Shown here in pieces: positions 39,801 through 52,505 of a stretch of DNA of 64,000 nucleotides; the first letter of the stretch is position 1, and each line of letters starts with the position of its first letter. A program made the translations under genes and the position numbers. The notes below the pieces were generated by a model. It made no database searches. It had not been told where the DNA came from and was given only the letters and a program-made list of their open reading frames with translations. Location: assembly GCA_051294375.1 (NCBI GenBank), contig JBJCIZ010000239.1, forward strand, positions 3,051,476-3,115,475. The letters are read 5' to 3'. Source of the stretch: Paraspadella gotoi (taxonomy: Eukaryota; Animalia; Chaetognatha).

Positions 39801-42800
39801 TCAAAACTTTTTCCCAAAGAACCGTTCGTACTCGGCCACTTTCTCGGCGACCGGCGCCGGAATTCCTTCCTCCATCTCGACGAACACGGCGTCGCCGACG
39901 CGGACGGCGCCATCGACGTCGACGCCGAGATAAGAGCCGAGGACGGGAGCGGCGCCCCAACCGGGGAGGCAGCGGTGGCGGATGAGGGTAGGGTAAGGCT
40001 CTGGAAGGGTGAGGAAAAGCTGAACATAGTGTCGTCGATGAATTTATATATGAAATTGGTACAACCAATATAAAAATTATCCATTCATTTAATAAATAAG
40101 CTATCTTGCTATATTTGTTTTATTGATATTAAGTATCATACATATGCAAAGTAAAATAAGTATAGAAAGAAGTGTTAGCAAGTAAGTATTACAATGGATA
40201 TAATACAACAGAACATCATTCTATGAGAGATGAAAGTATAAAAAAACCGATAACTTCATTCTGTGCTATCCCAATAATTTTTTCTATGTGATAATGTTAG
40301 ACTACATTTAGGTTGTTAAATGTTCATGGCTTTGCACAAGATATGAGAATACTTGTATATGAATTTGGTACAACTAATATAAAAATTATACCTTCATTTA
40401 ATAAATAAGCTTGCCCCTTACTTTGGACAGATCCCTGCGAGCTTTCAAATATTTATATATATTATATATATTATATATTATTATATTTATATATTATATA
40501 TTATATATTTATATTTTTTTAACCATAACTTCTATCTAACATTATACCTTTAACAGCTTTTACTGTTACCTTAACGGTTAACCCAATCCATTTCCGCAAC
40601 CCTAATTCCTCACCTCTGTCCGCTCGATACTTTCCCGTCTCCGGGTCGACTGTGGTGATGGTGCAGCGTAGACAGGGCGCGGTCCTCCGCAGCTTGACAG
40701 CGTGGGTGAGCTCGGCGCAGGGGACCGCAGCGCCGCGAACCAGCCCATCTTAGGGTAAGGATGGGGATCGGGGAATGTAATAAACGATGAATTGATAACA
40801 AAGAGAGATGGGAAAATAAGAAAACATTTTTTTTTATTTGCGTGAACAACGCGATTTGAGGAAAAAAAAAATAAAGAAAAAGATAAAAGGTTAAAAAATT
40901 TGCATATTATGAAATTGGTACAACCAATATAAAAATTATCCATTCATTTAATAAATAAGCTATCTTGTCCCTGACTTTGGACAGGCTTTGGTGGTTTAAG
41001 GCCTCCATCACACTTACAAGATAATAACATAGCAGGTTTCTGCAAGCTTTCAATCAAGACTCTCTCACAGTCTTATTTATTCACTCCCAGTGAACCTGGC
41101 TTCCCTATCAATGATTATGTTATTTATGAGAGTTTTCAATCCTTTAAAATCTAAAATAAATGAACTATTAAATTTCTAACAATAATTTTTTTTATTAATA
41201 GATTAACAAAAATTCATTATTGTTTAGTCTTTGATATTAATTATAATATAATCTAGGGACAAAAAAACTTTTTTTATGGTTTACAACGACGATATAATTT
41301 TTTTTACATGAAAACGGACATGTTTCGACTAATTGTTAGTCTTCGTGAGCGTAAATCAAGTTGTGGCCTTAAGTTCCTCAAACTATTTTTCACAATTTTT
41401 ACTCCACACATAATTTGAACTGTTACGGCCTCGAGTCTTGACTCGTCTTTTGCGAGAGTCCGGACTCACCGTGACCGGACGAGATCCAGATTTCCTTCCA
41501 GTTGTCTTCGTCGTAGGCGTGGCCCGAGTCGACGACGAGATTGGGACGAAAGTTGATCATGTCGACGCCTTTGGAGGATGCGGAGAGGTTCGACTCGCCC
41601 GGAGCGGAAGATTCTGGTGAGAAGGGCAAGGGTTGGCAATGTTGCAAAAGTGGCCAAGGGACCGAAACGAGAATATAAAAACCAAATTCCTTTGCTTTTC
41701 AAATTTCGTTTCCTTAATTTTGCATTAAAATGAATGTTATCACTTAGAGAAAACAAAGTTTAATTCGTCACAAACAACGATATTTTTTTATAGAATTTTG
41801 GTGAGACATGTTTCGACTCTTATTTTTAATCAGCGCTGGTGTCGAATAGTCGAAAAAATTCTATTCTTTGTTTTAACTTTGTTTTCTCTAAATTCAAAAC
41901 GCAATGCAAAGAAAGTCGAAACACAAAATTAGCGCCTACAGCCCTAAAGCCCTACAGCCCTACAGCCCTACAGCCCTAAAGCCCTAAAGCCCTACAGCCC
42001 TACAGCCCTACAGCCCTACAGCCCAACATCGTTAACGTCTACCAATTTTGCCGCCATGTTTTTCTAGGATGAGGCGATTAAGATCGGCCAACGAAGCTTC
42101 GTTCATGAGCTGAGAGACCCAAAAAAAGATTTTTTAAACAATACTTGTTACATTATGCTATGTACCATTTTTGTCAAACCTGCAACGGCGCGATGGCCTG
42201 AAAAGCCACGAGGTCAGATGTCTTAGCTTTTCCTAGAAATCCGCCGGACGTTGGTTCGTCGTCGGGTCGGCGAAGAGCGAAATCGCCTGGTTTGGCCACC
42301 AGGCGGTATTGCGGGGATTCTGACGAATTCAAAATCCAATCGTTGATTTATTAATTATCTATAATTAATTAATAATTAATTGCCTCTCCAAAAATTAACG
42401 ATTGATTATCTCAGCCATTAATTGACGATTGAATGATTGTCTCTAGAAAGAATAACGAGTGATTGATTGACTTAAGAACGAGCGAGGATTTCATCCCATG
42501 TGATTGCTTTATTTCCTAGGGTGTGCCAAATTTCTCAAGTTTTATACATCTTACACAATTGGGGTAGTTCCCCCCCCCCAAAAAAAAAAGAATTTCCACC
42601 GGCGCTTGAAGGATTTTTGGCACACCTTGCACATCATAATTCATTGCGTCTAAACTATGAGAGATTTTAACGTTCTCTCTCATCATGATTGCCTTTGTCG
42701 CATCCGACGACTTGATTGATCCAATCGTCCAACTCTTTTGAGCTTTCGATCGCCGGCGTCGTCGTCAGGGTCTGGAAAGCGATTTGTGGCTTCGTTGTAA

Positions 42801-44248
42801 TCGTCGTCGTCGTCGTCGAGTCATCTCGGCTCGACGCTCCGGACACGGGAAGAACTGGAAGCTGGATTGAAGACGCGTTGGGCGCCGTAAGAAGGATGCA
42901 AAGATCGCCTGCAGATAAAAATTTAAATCACTGTTTTCTACTAACAATAAACTTGTTGAATTCTATGAACATATGAACAATTGTTCAATGAACAAGCCTT
43001 GCCTTGGCTTGCCTCCTGGCAACTCATTGAAGGAAGCCGGGTACTTATGTAGTTAAAAACATGCTATGTTATGCTATGTTATGCTATGTTATTATATTGT
43101 AGTAGGGATTGAGGTCTTAACCCACAATAGCCTAACGAAGTCAGTAGGATAACTTTTACTCCAGTTGTACAAAGTTTATCGCATATTAAAACAGTGGAGA
43201 TCCTGAGTATTATTATATAAGAAAGAAAATAAAATCGCCAGACGAATTCTTTAGAAATTCCATTGCCCAATAAGAAATTATTTTGAATTCCTTTTTTGTA
43301 TTGTTTTGTTTACCAACGTAACCAAAGTTTCTCTCTCTAAAAAAAATGAATGCCACTTTTTGTACAATTAGCCAATTCGATTCCATTCGTTTTTCTGATT
43401 TCAATAAATCGATTCGTCTCATTTTGTTCGCCATTTTTATCTCGACCACCTCCACTTGGTGGCAGCGGTGGGACTCAAACCCACGCCTCCGAAGAGAATT
43501 ATCAAAGAAGTAACGTAACATTTCTTAACTGTTGGAATTGTAATGGAAGACCAAACACACGCTCTCTCTCCCATTGGTTTACGCACAGCAAGAGTCGCGA
43601 CTCAAAATTAGCAATAAATTCGCGATAAATTTCACCACCTGCGGCTTGAAAATTTCCCACGACTTCCTCGCCGGCGGCATCGAGAAATTTCGGGGAAATT
43701 CGAATGTAGTTTTGTTGATATTTCAAGTGGATGATTTGATCCGAGGATGTTTCGAGGATGGCCCAGTGGCGATCACGAATGGGGGACGTTTCGTGGAGAC
43801 GTATTCCATCTCTGAATNNNNNNNNNNATGAATGCATGAATGAATGAATAAAGTCAGAAAAAACTCAAATAATTAAATAAATAAAACGAAATTATATCTA
43901 TCGAAAAGAACCGTTCCAATATGATATTAGTAAAAAATAAATTTTCATATAACTATGGTATATAAACGGAAAAAGAAAAAAGTTAAAATATGTAGGAAAC
44001 GGCCTTACTTACTTGCTTAGGTAAGCATCCTGTACAGAAACGCCGTTGCAAGCTTTGACGGGAAACACGAAGAGTCTAGTCACTCGACCGACGAAGGTCA
44101 ATTTTCGGGCGCGACCTAATCGAGGCCACGCCCACAAGGCGGAGGAGGAGGAGGAGGGGGAGAGAAAAAATTTCCGCAGGAGGTGAGCGAAGAAAGCGAA
44201 GAGGAGAACGCCGCCGCCGACGCGTCCAACGACGCCGCGAGATGGCAT
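39801..44248 (-). CDS. MTARC: Mitochondrial amidoxime-reducing component (mARC, MOSC-domain protein), multi-exon, spans a small gap
   Basis: N-terminal TM, then VTRLFVFPVKACNG, IRDRHWAI, LMNEASLADLNR, NFRPNLVV..AYDEDNW, PCLRCTITTVDPETG (Moco-binding Cys region) and GAVRVGDAV. No PLP/NifS domain, so mARC rather than MOCOS. Confidence 0.9.
40049..41115 (+). mobile_element. Three truncated copies of the ~320-bp repeat family in mARC introns (40049-40110, 40358-40430, 40908-41115)
   Basis: All begin at the same TATGAA(A/T)TTGGTACAAC boundary and end at different points. Confidence 0.85.
41314..41352 (-). ncRNA. Minimal type I hammerhead ribozyme remnant (Penelope-like), core G5 mutated
   Basis: Minus strand: ACG-CTCACGA-A-GACTAA(CAA)TTAGTC-GAAA-CATG-TC-CGT, giving 3-bp stem I, perfect 6-bp stem II and palindromic stem III. 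A more decayed copy lies at 41805-41833. Confidence 0.55.
41933..42028. repeat. 8-bp tandem repeat (GCCCTACA/GCCCTAAA) x~11
   Basis: Read directly; intronic in mARC. Confidence 0.95.
43457..43497 (-). pseudogene. 3' 41-nt fragment of tRNA-Leu including CCA
   Basis: Minus strand TCTCTTCGGAGGCGTGGGTTTGAGTCCCACCGCTGCCA-CCA corresponds to the variable arm, T arm and acceptor strand of animal tRNA-Leu(AAG/TAG). No 5' half. Confidence 0.8.
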
Positions 44249-45574
44249 TGTCGGTGCCTTCGTTCGAGAAAAAAAAAACGGAAAGAAAAAGGAAATGAAA
44301 AAAAAATTATGAACGATAATTTCAAGGTGTTGCACCGCATTGAATTTAATGATTTTGAGGTTGGCACAGAATATTAGTCTTCAGCCCACTTAGCGCCTTA
44401 GAATTTTCTTTATTTTTCTGTTGCTCGCGAGACAATGGAGGTCGGTCTGTCGATCGGTTGACCTTTGCGCATATTTTTTCACCACGTGAGGAGAAACGGC
44501 GAAGTAACTTAGAATTGTCGTCCCTTAATTCCGTACAATCTTCCTTTCATCTCTTTCTTACCAATTGTTTAAGATGTAATATTTAATTACTAAAAGGAGT
44601 CGATAATATTAACGTACGTACGTAACATTTAAAATTGGTTGAATTTGCTCGACGGGAGCGAGTCGTGTCTTTGTTGATTGACAAGAGATTTCAATTTTAT
44701 TTCAACTTTTCGCACTTTTATTATTTAAATTTATATCATCAATTATATATTGAATATTAAGAGCAAGGGTAAGGTTAAAAAAAAAATTGGATAGTTTAAT
44801 TGGTGTTGTATCGTATTCTATTTTCTTCGACAAAATATATTAAAGAGGAATAATTATAAGACTACAATATGTAAATGAGTTTTAGTTTCGGCCTATAAGG
44901 TATGGTTGAACCACATACATTTAAATGTAAAAATATCGAGTAAGTCACTTTAAAAAATACTTGAGACTCACCTTGTACATTCTAAGTTGTTGTACAATGT
45001 ACAATGCACATATGTTTCAGCAGAAGGTCAATGTACAAAGAATTCCTTCCACCTTAATTCTTAGTTTTTTCATATTTTCATATTTTATTTTCCGCTTTGG
45101 TTTCATGTTAAAATCTTTGTCTACTTACTTATATGATATTTGCGTAGTCAAGTAATCAACTCGAGATGCGCTCACGCGAAAAAAAAGTGCTCTTGCACAA
45201 CAACTTAGAATTACTAATTTAATTACAATTCAGTACACTTTTTGAATCCTGAGACGAAAAAAAAAACGGTTTCAAAATTTATAAATTTTATTGGCGACTC
45301 ATTTTTTCTGTCAGTCAAGTTTCTTATTTTCTCAATTCGATTAAACCAGTGGCTGCGCCGTTTACTTGTACAAAGTAATTTGTGCTGAAATTGTATAGGA
45401 TTTCACGTTTTTCCACGAACTTCCTTTATAGTCCACAACTCTTTCCATTTGGAATTTAAAAAAATTAAAATCAACTCAAGTTAATTTGAAATAAAATTTT
45501 TAACTTTAGGAAAGAAACGATTTAATGATTTCGTGTCCAGTATCTTGTGATTTGACGCTAGTACGGATAATATA

Positions 45575-45662
<88 letters not shown>

Positions 45663-47151
45663 TGTAAGAGTGATGGAGGCCTTAAACCACCAAAGCCTGT
45701 CCAAAGTCAGGGCAAGATAGCTTATTTATTAAATGAATGGATAATTTTTATATTGGTTGTACCAATTTCATAAAATTCAGCTCCTTGTATTTTGATGCTA
45801 GTGCGGAGTACAATAAGTATTCCCCGATCTAATACTTAAGGGAGTGGTCTTTCATACAATTGAAACATTCTTTGAAATATTATACCACTTCATTGATAGG
45901 GAAGCCAGGTACTCTGGGAGTGAATAAACGAGACTGTGAGAGAGTCNNNNNNNNNNNNNNNNNNNNNNNNNACGCGTCCAACGACGCCGCGAGATGGCAT
46001 TGTCGGTGCCTACGTTCCAGAAAAAAAAAACGGAAAGAAAAAGGAAATGAAAAAAAAATTATGAACGATAATTTCAAGGTGTTGCACCACATTGAATTTA
46101 ATGATTTTGAGGTTGGCACAGAATATTAGTCTTCAGCCCACTTAGCGCCTTAGAATTTTCTAAATTAATTACTAAAAGGAGTCGATACTATTAACGTACG
46201 TACGTAAAATTTAAAATTGGTTGAATTTGCTCGACGGGAGCGAGTCATGTCTTTGTTGATTGACAAGAGATTTCAATTTTATTTCAACTTTTCGCACTTT
46301 TATTATTTAAATTTATATCATCAATTATATATTGAATATTAAGAGCAAGGGTAAGGATTCAAAATAAATTTTGGATAGTTTAATTGGTGTTGTATCGTAT
46401 TCCATTTTCTTCGATAAAATATTTTGATAAGGAATAATTATATTTTAAGTCCGTAAGACTACAATATGTAAATGAGTTTTAGTTGCGGCCTATAAGGTAT
46501 TGTTGAACCACATACATTTAAATGCAAAAATATCGAGTAAGTCACTTGAGACTCACCTTGTACATTCTAAGTTGTTGTACAATGTACAATGCACATATGT
46601 TTCAGCAGAAGGTCAATGTACAAAGAATTCCTTCCACCTTAATTCTTAGTTTTTTCATATTTTCATATTTTATTTTCCGCTTTGGTTTCATGTTAAAATC
46701 TTTGTCTACTTACTTATATGATATTTGCGTAGTCAGTAATCAACTCGAGATGCGCTCACGCGAAAAAAAAGTGCTCTTGCACAACAACTTAGAATTACTA
46801 ATTTAATTACAATTCAGTACACTTTTTGAATCCTGAGACGAAAAAAAAAACGGTTTCAAAATTTATAAATTTTATTGGCGACTCATTTTTTCTGTCAGTC
46901 AAGTTTCTTATTTTCTCAATTCGATTAAACCAGTGGCTGCGCCGTTTACTTGTACAAAGTAATTTGTGCTGAAATTGTATAGGATTTCACGTTTTTCCAC
47001 GAACTTCCTTTATAGTCCACAACTCTTTCCATTTGGAATTTAAAAAATTAAAATTAACTCAAGTTAATTTGAAATAAAAAACTTTTAGGAAAGAAACGAT
47101 TTAATGATTTCGTGTCCAGTATCTTGTGATTTGACGCTAGTACGGATAATA
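44220..47151. repeat. Near-identical direct duplication (44220-45572 vs 45972-47151) across an N gap
   Basis: Colinear sequence; copy 2 lacks ~170 bp and differs by SNPs and small indels; includes the mARC ATG. Confidence 0.9.
45575..45946 (-). mobile_element. (TA)n tract plus a young copy of the ~320-bp repeat family, truncated by the gap
   Basis: 45662-45946 is close to the reverse complement of 57225-57510. Confidence 0.85.
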
Positions 47152-50100
47152 TCAAACATAAATCGCGTTACGGTACGTAACGCGTAACCTAAATAAAATT
47201 ACGTATGTTACGAGCATTTATGTAGACGCTTTTACCGGAAAAAAAGCATAATGAGAAAAAAAAAGGAGACGAGTCTGACGAGATGAACGCAGAATCAATT
47301 GACAAAAAACTCCAACCGACTTCTATCAATATTGTTAAAATTTAAAACATACTCGAGACAGATTATATGATACAAAGAAAAATAACGGGGCGAAACGGTC
47401 TCGTGCTGATTTGTCCCTTTTAAAATTATTTCTGGAGCCAATTAATGATCATTACTTTTGGGTAATATGTGCGGATATACACTACTGACTATAACTGTAT
47501 TCTGACCTTAACCCTCACCAATCAACAAAAAAGGTAACTAGATCAAATAGTAAAAAAGATGAAGCATATATCTCGAAAACGCTTAAAAATTTATAGACCA
47601 TTTGCTTTTATAATGCAAAAAAAATATTAATTTATTTAAAACAAACTTTAACGAAACCTAATAGTTAACCGAGACCAAGTATGAATATTTTTACCACATT
47701 TCCTCAATATATGTCATTTGTTTGTAATTAGTCAATTAATCTATAATAACAAATGACAAATTCTTTTCATTTTCTTTATGAATGGGAAGTTTTCTCTGAC
47801 TTACTCCCGCTTGTGTCTAATTACTTTAATATTTTAAAGGTATTTTCAAAAATCTTATAGAATACTATATTTTTTCATATTTTTTTTCAATTCTTTCAAC
47901 AAAAACAACATCATAAAAAACATTTATAAATTAGTAAAAAAAAATTGATTTGAATGATTTGGGATAAAAAATAATTTTGAAACTTGAGAATAATGGATTA
48001 TACGATCAGGAAAAAATTTTGCAATTCATAAGAAAATCAGCCTCTAGCCTTTTCAATTTTTTTTAGGGCTGATTTTTTATTTTTGATATTTTGATGTGCT
48101 ATGCAAAACCATTATTCTCAATGAGACATAGGATCGACAAAATTTTTTTTCCAACAATTTGAAAAAAAATTTAACTTTTTCTAATTTGGCTTTTTTTGGG
48201 GGAAATAAATAAATAAATTATTTATAGAGGGTACTTGAAAGTTGATATGTCTCTAAATGACAAAAAAATTTTCTTCAAGTTTTATTTTGAAAATTAAGTA
48301 TGTACCAATATAAATTAGTGAGATACTCCGCTTTGCCGAAATTGTGATTTAACAAAGATTTGTACTGGCGTTAATTTTAAAAAAAGTTATTTTTTTAAAA
48401 TAACTTTTGAACAGAAAAGAGGTAGCAAGGTGGAGTTGTATCAAATTAAAGCCCTAAGTCATGGACACCTTTCTAAAAGAGTTTTATTAAATTTAAATCC
48501 ATAAATCTTTACACGCTTTTGTTTTAACATCAGAGTTAAAAACTATAAAACAGTTTTTTGCTTTAAAAATTTCAATGAAGGCATAAGAAATTTTTTTCTT
48601 CTTTTATAATTGGGAAAAGGAAAAAATTGAATTAATTTTGTTATTATTAAAATTTATTTATTCCATAAAATTGCTTATATTTTTTAAGTTAAAGTAAAAA
48701 ACAGCAAAAATTTATGTTATAGCATGACTAAAAGTATTTTTAAATCATTAAAAATAAAAATACAAAAATGTTTTCAGCATTGATATAAACCCAGTCTGGA
48801 CATTACCTTTTGTTAGTGAAAAAAAAATCGTTCAATTTTTATTATCTAACTGCAACTCAAAAAGCTGACACACTGCATTGTTTATCATAATAAAGTTGTA
48901 AAAATTATATAGCTCGGCTAACCATAATTGACAAGCGAAAAACAATTATGTAGTGTTAAAAATTGTAATTGATAATTTTTTTGTAAATATAGGGCAAGGA
49001 ATTTAATTCTATTATTATTATCATCCATTTAATTAAGAAAAAAATATTCTCGTTAATAGCCCATTGGAAAGGAGTTACATTGATACTTAATGATTGAAAT
49101 TTTTTACGATTTCTATACTGCCCCATTTCACAGATATAAAAGGTCATGAGATTATCATGTCAATAATAAGTCCAGATTATCCAGTGATACTTTCTGCAAC
49201 CCTGCATTCCAATTTTCTTTTTTTCCCTTTCAAACTGTATTAAATAAAAAAAAAATTATAATTGATGAGAACAATCGGCGGGAGGATGCCAATGGAAAGC
49301 CTTAGCTTACCCCACTTCAGCTGATCAAAATTTTACCAAGGTGATTTTTTCTCGCTCTATTGAAGACATAACACTTAACATATTAGTACTATTATTTTTT
49401 TATTTTTTTTCTATATACATTCTATGATAAATATGAAAAGTAACTTTTTAAAAAAAATTATCAATCTTTTACCTATATTCAGTCATATCTAAAAACAAAA
49501 AAGATTGTTGCCATTGATATATTTGGATATCAACATATGAAACTATAACGTTTCAAAAAATTAAAAAGAAATAAATTAACTTATTAGAACATTGGAATTT
49601 TTTTTATGCAACGGAACCAGTAACGTATACGCCATTTTTCATTGTGATTCAATATCTCGGATCTCAGAACAATATCGTCGTACGATCGTCACAAAGCGTT
49701 GCGCGGACTTGACTCTGGAAACTGAGCGGAAGAGAGAAGAGAGACACTTCAGGGCGCGAAACTGGGAAGAATTTTCAAAGATAAGATATAGAGACAGAGA
49801 AAGAGAGAGAGATACCGAGAGAGAGGGAGCGAGAAGGCGTTCTGAATCACTGGCGTCAAAGGAACAATGATAGAGCGATGGAATTTTTAAATTTAAAAAT
49901 AGAAAAAAATAATACTTATTTAAATTGAAAGTTCAATTGACGAGCTTTTATCTTGATCTCAAAAAAGTTAGTATTTATTTGTTGTTTGTTGCTTGTTTTT
50001 TTCCAGAGGAAGGGCCGCGAAAATGTGAGGCGCCATTGTCGAGTCGTTGACGTTGGAAGCGACAAAAGCCGCGTCGACAAAAGTCGCGCGTGACTTCCCG

Positions 50101-51062
50101 GGCTACCATACGGTAACGTTTTTAGCGTCGAATTTTGGTTAACGGCGGGATCTGGGGGAGAGGGTGGTAGCCCTCAATTAGGGGGGGGAGGATAATTGGT
50201 GCGTGACGACCTCTAACGAGGGGAGATCGCGTCTCGGCGCCGTCGCGGGCCGGGAAGACCTCGAGCGCCGCGATTAAATTGGTGAACGAACGGCTCTTGC
50301 AAACGGCGGAGTGCGCGGAGCCTCTTCGTTTGCGTCTCTCCCCGAGTCCCGGCAATCGGGAACGAGGCCGGCATCGGGGGCGGTTTCGGTTTCAATTTGC
50401 GTCTTCAAAAGACCTGGACTACAATGTGAGTACGATTACGAGGGCCCTCAGGTCGTCGATTCGGGCGTTGGTGGACTCGCTCACGGGGGAAATAAGCGCC
50501 GAGGTATGTAGCCACCCCGGATGTAATGAGAGAATGAAAAACAAATAACCGACTGGAAGAGTGTCGCTATTTATTTTTTCCTTGCCTTCATGAACAAAAA
50601 CGTTACCAACGTCAAGCTACGACTTTCGTTCGCGGTTTTACTTTCTTTATGAGTCGCAAGAATTTAGTTGGTGTGCCAAACAAAGTCAAACGATCATCGT
50701 AGGTGAAAACATGAAATGAAACATCGCAGCTGTCGACTTCTTTTAATTGCAAATGTCAAATCGGATTTTTTTTAAAATAAGGGAGCAACCTAAATTTTGA
50801 ATGATTAACGGTTGAATGCAAAATGTATTTCAAGTAGTTTAAATTATTCTGTGCGATTTGGAGCTGCGAAATAGAAAAAGGAACCCCCTTCTATATCCAC
50901 AGTCTACAACCCTTCCACAACCACATTCGTAATGACTCAAGTCGTGACCCCCTCCCCTCCTTTTCCGACGGCCCCGATAAACAAATACACTGGCTCGGTC
51001 AACGCAGCCACTACGCTCCTTATGTATATACTAGCTCTTACTCTACTCACTCTCTCTCTCTC

Positions 51063-51136
<74 letters not shown>

Positions 51137-52284
51137 ATCAATACCCCCCCCTCTCTAATAAGCGCGCACCGCTGTCACCTCGGCATTCACACTACGACAC
51201 GGTCACAAAAAAAAGATTCACATTCACCGCGGGGGTTGGAGTGGGGGGGGGTTTCGAGGATTCCGATTCCGTGAGAATCCGTGAAATTATCTAAGCATGA
51301 CGATCGTCACGTGACGAGGAGTCAGGATGTCACGTGAAAATCATTTTGGGGAGGCAACCTGGAATGGCTTCCGGCGAATGTGACGCCGACCATATCCTAC
51401 CCCTCAATCGAATGACATTCTGGCCTGACTCTATTACGTGTGATATTTCCGGATTCGGTTTAAAAATTATCACTTTACGTAATAATAATTGATAATAATA
51501 TAACTGAATAATATCGTGACCTCTTTCAGTCCTACGTTTCCATGTCAACCAAGTCTTGCCTTGGCAGAATTGTCATGAATTGAAGATATTTCGTTTCATG
51601 CTCTACGTTACATCCTAGTCTTTTAAAGGTGGGAAAAAAATCATGTTAAATTTTCAATTAGCGACTAATTTTGGATTCTCTTTCGCCCAATATTTGATTA
51701 AGTCTAAAGAAACTACAACAAATATAAAGCCTTATACCTTAGGCCTTACTCTAGATACAACTTTTGACCTTAATGTCAAAAATAATAAAAGAAGTTAAGA
51801 AACCTTATTTGTCGTCTTCATCGTCGACTTCATCCCCTCAATTAGGCGCCAACGTCGGGCGCCATCTCGCGTCGCGGTTCATTTGAGGAGATCGTAATCT
51901 GACGTCGCCATAAATAGTCGTCGTCGTCGTCGACTGACTTTTTGTCGAATCGATTCCCTTTTGTTTCGTTTTCGAAAATCGAAAATCTGATCGGACGCAA
52001 ATCCGCGTGACGACCAACTTTTTTCAAGCCCCAGCGCCTCTGGTGATAAGGGAGAGGCGACGATTACGACGACGAGGAATTACCAAAACTCTGTTTATAG
52101 AAGAGAGGGTAATTACAGAGAGAGACAGAGAGAGAGAGAGACAGAGAGACAGAGAGAGAGAGAGCGACATACGTAGAAGAAATCGCAAATCCACGAAAGC
52201 GCGCCCTCGCGCTAAATTGAGTAGAAAAAAAAAGAAAGTAATGGAAATCGGGAATAAATTCGGTCTTTTACCACTGATGAGGCT

Positions 52285-52505
52285 ACTAAAGACGAGTTCC
52301 CAACCTGACGCTATATAACACCGTTAGCGTTCGGTTCTCCCCAATCAGAGGCGGCGAACGCACGCCTTATTTTCTTACGACCAATCAAATGGCGTCAAAA
52401 GCGGAAACAGACGTCATTTAGCTTTCGATAGCGAATGAACGATAAGAAATGGACGAATCAGGACACGAAAAATGATGAAATCCCTTGAGAATCGACCAAT
52501 CGGAA
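52285..52505 (-). promoter_or_regulatory. Candidate Pol II core promoter: TATA at -30, Inr, three CCAAT boxes
   Basis: Minus strand TATATAG starts at 52317 and Inr-like TTAGT has A+1 at 52287. CCAATCAGA (~52341), CCAATCAAA (52381) and CCAATCGGA (52496) lie upstream. Confidence 0.55.

Noticed and set aside
39801-44248. Molybdenum cofactor sulfurase (MOCOS)
   Set aside because: Only MOSC_N/MOSC domains follow an N-terminal TM segment; there is no NifS-like PLP domain, so mARC fits better.
50007-50503. Plus-strand coding exon (acceptor TTTTCCAG at 50006, donor GAG/GTATGT at 50504)
   Set aside because: No frame is open across it, no recognisable domain and no partner exons; the minus-strand model explains more signals.
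52271-52300. CTGATGAG as a hammerhead core (also at 52542 and CTGACGAG at ~47275)
   Set aside because: No stem II followed by GAAA and no closing stems.
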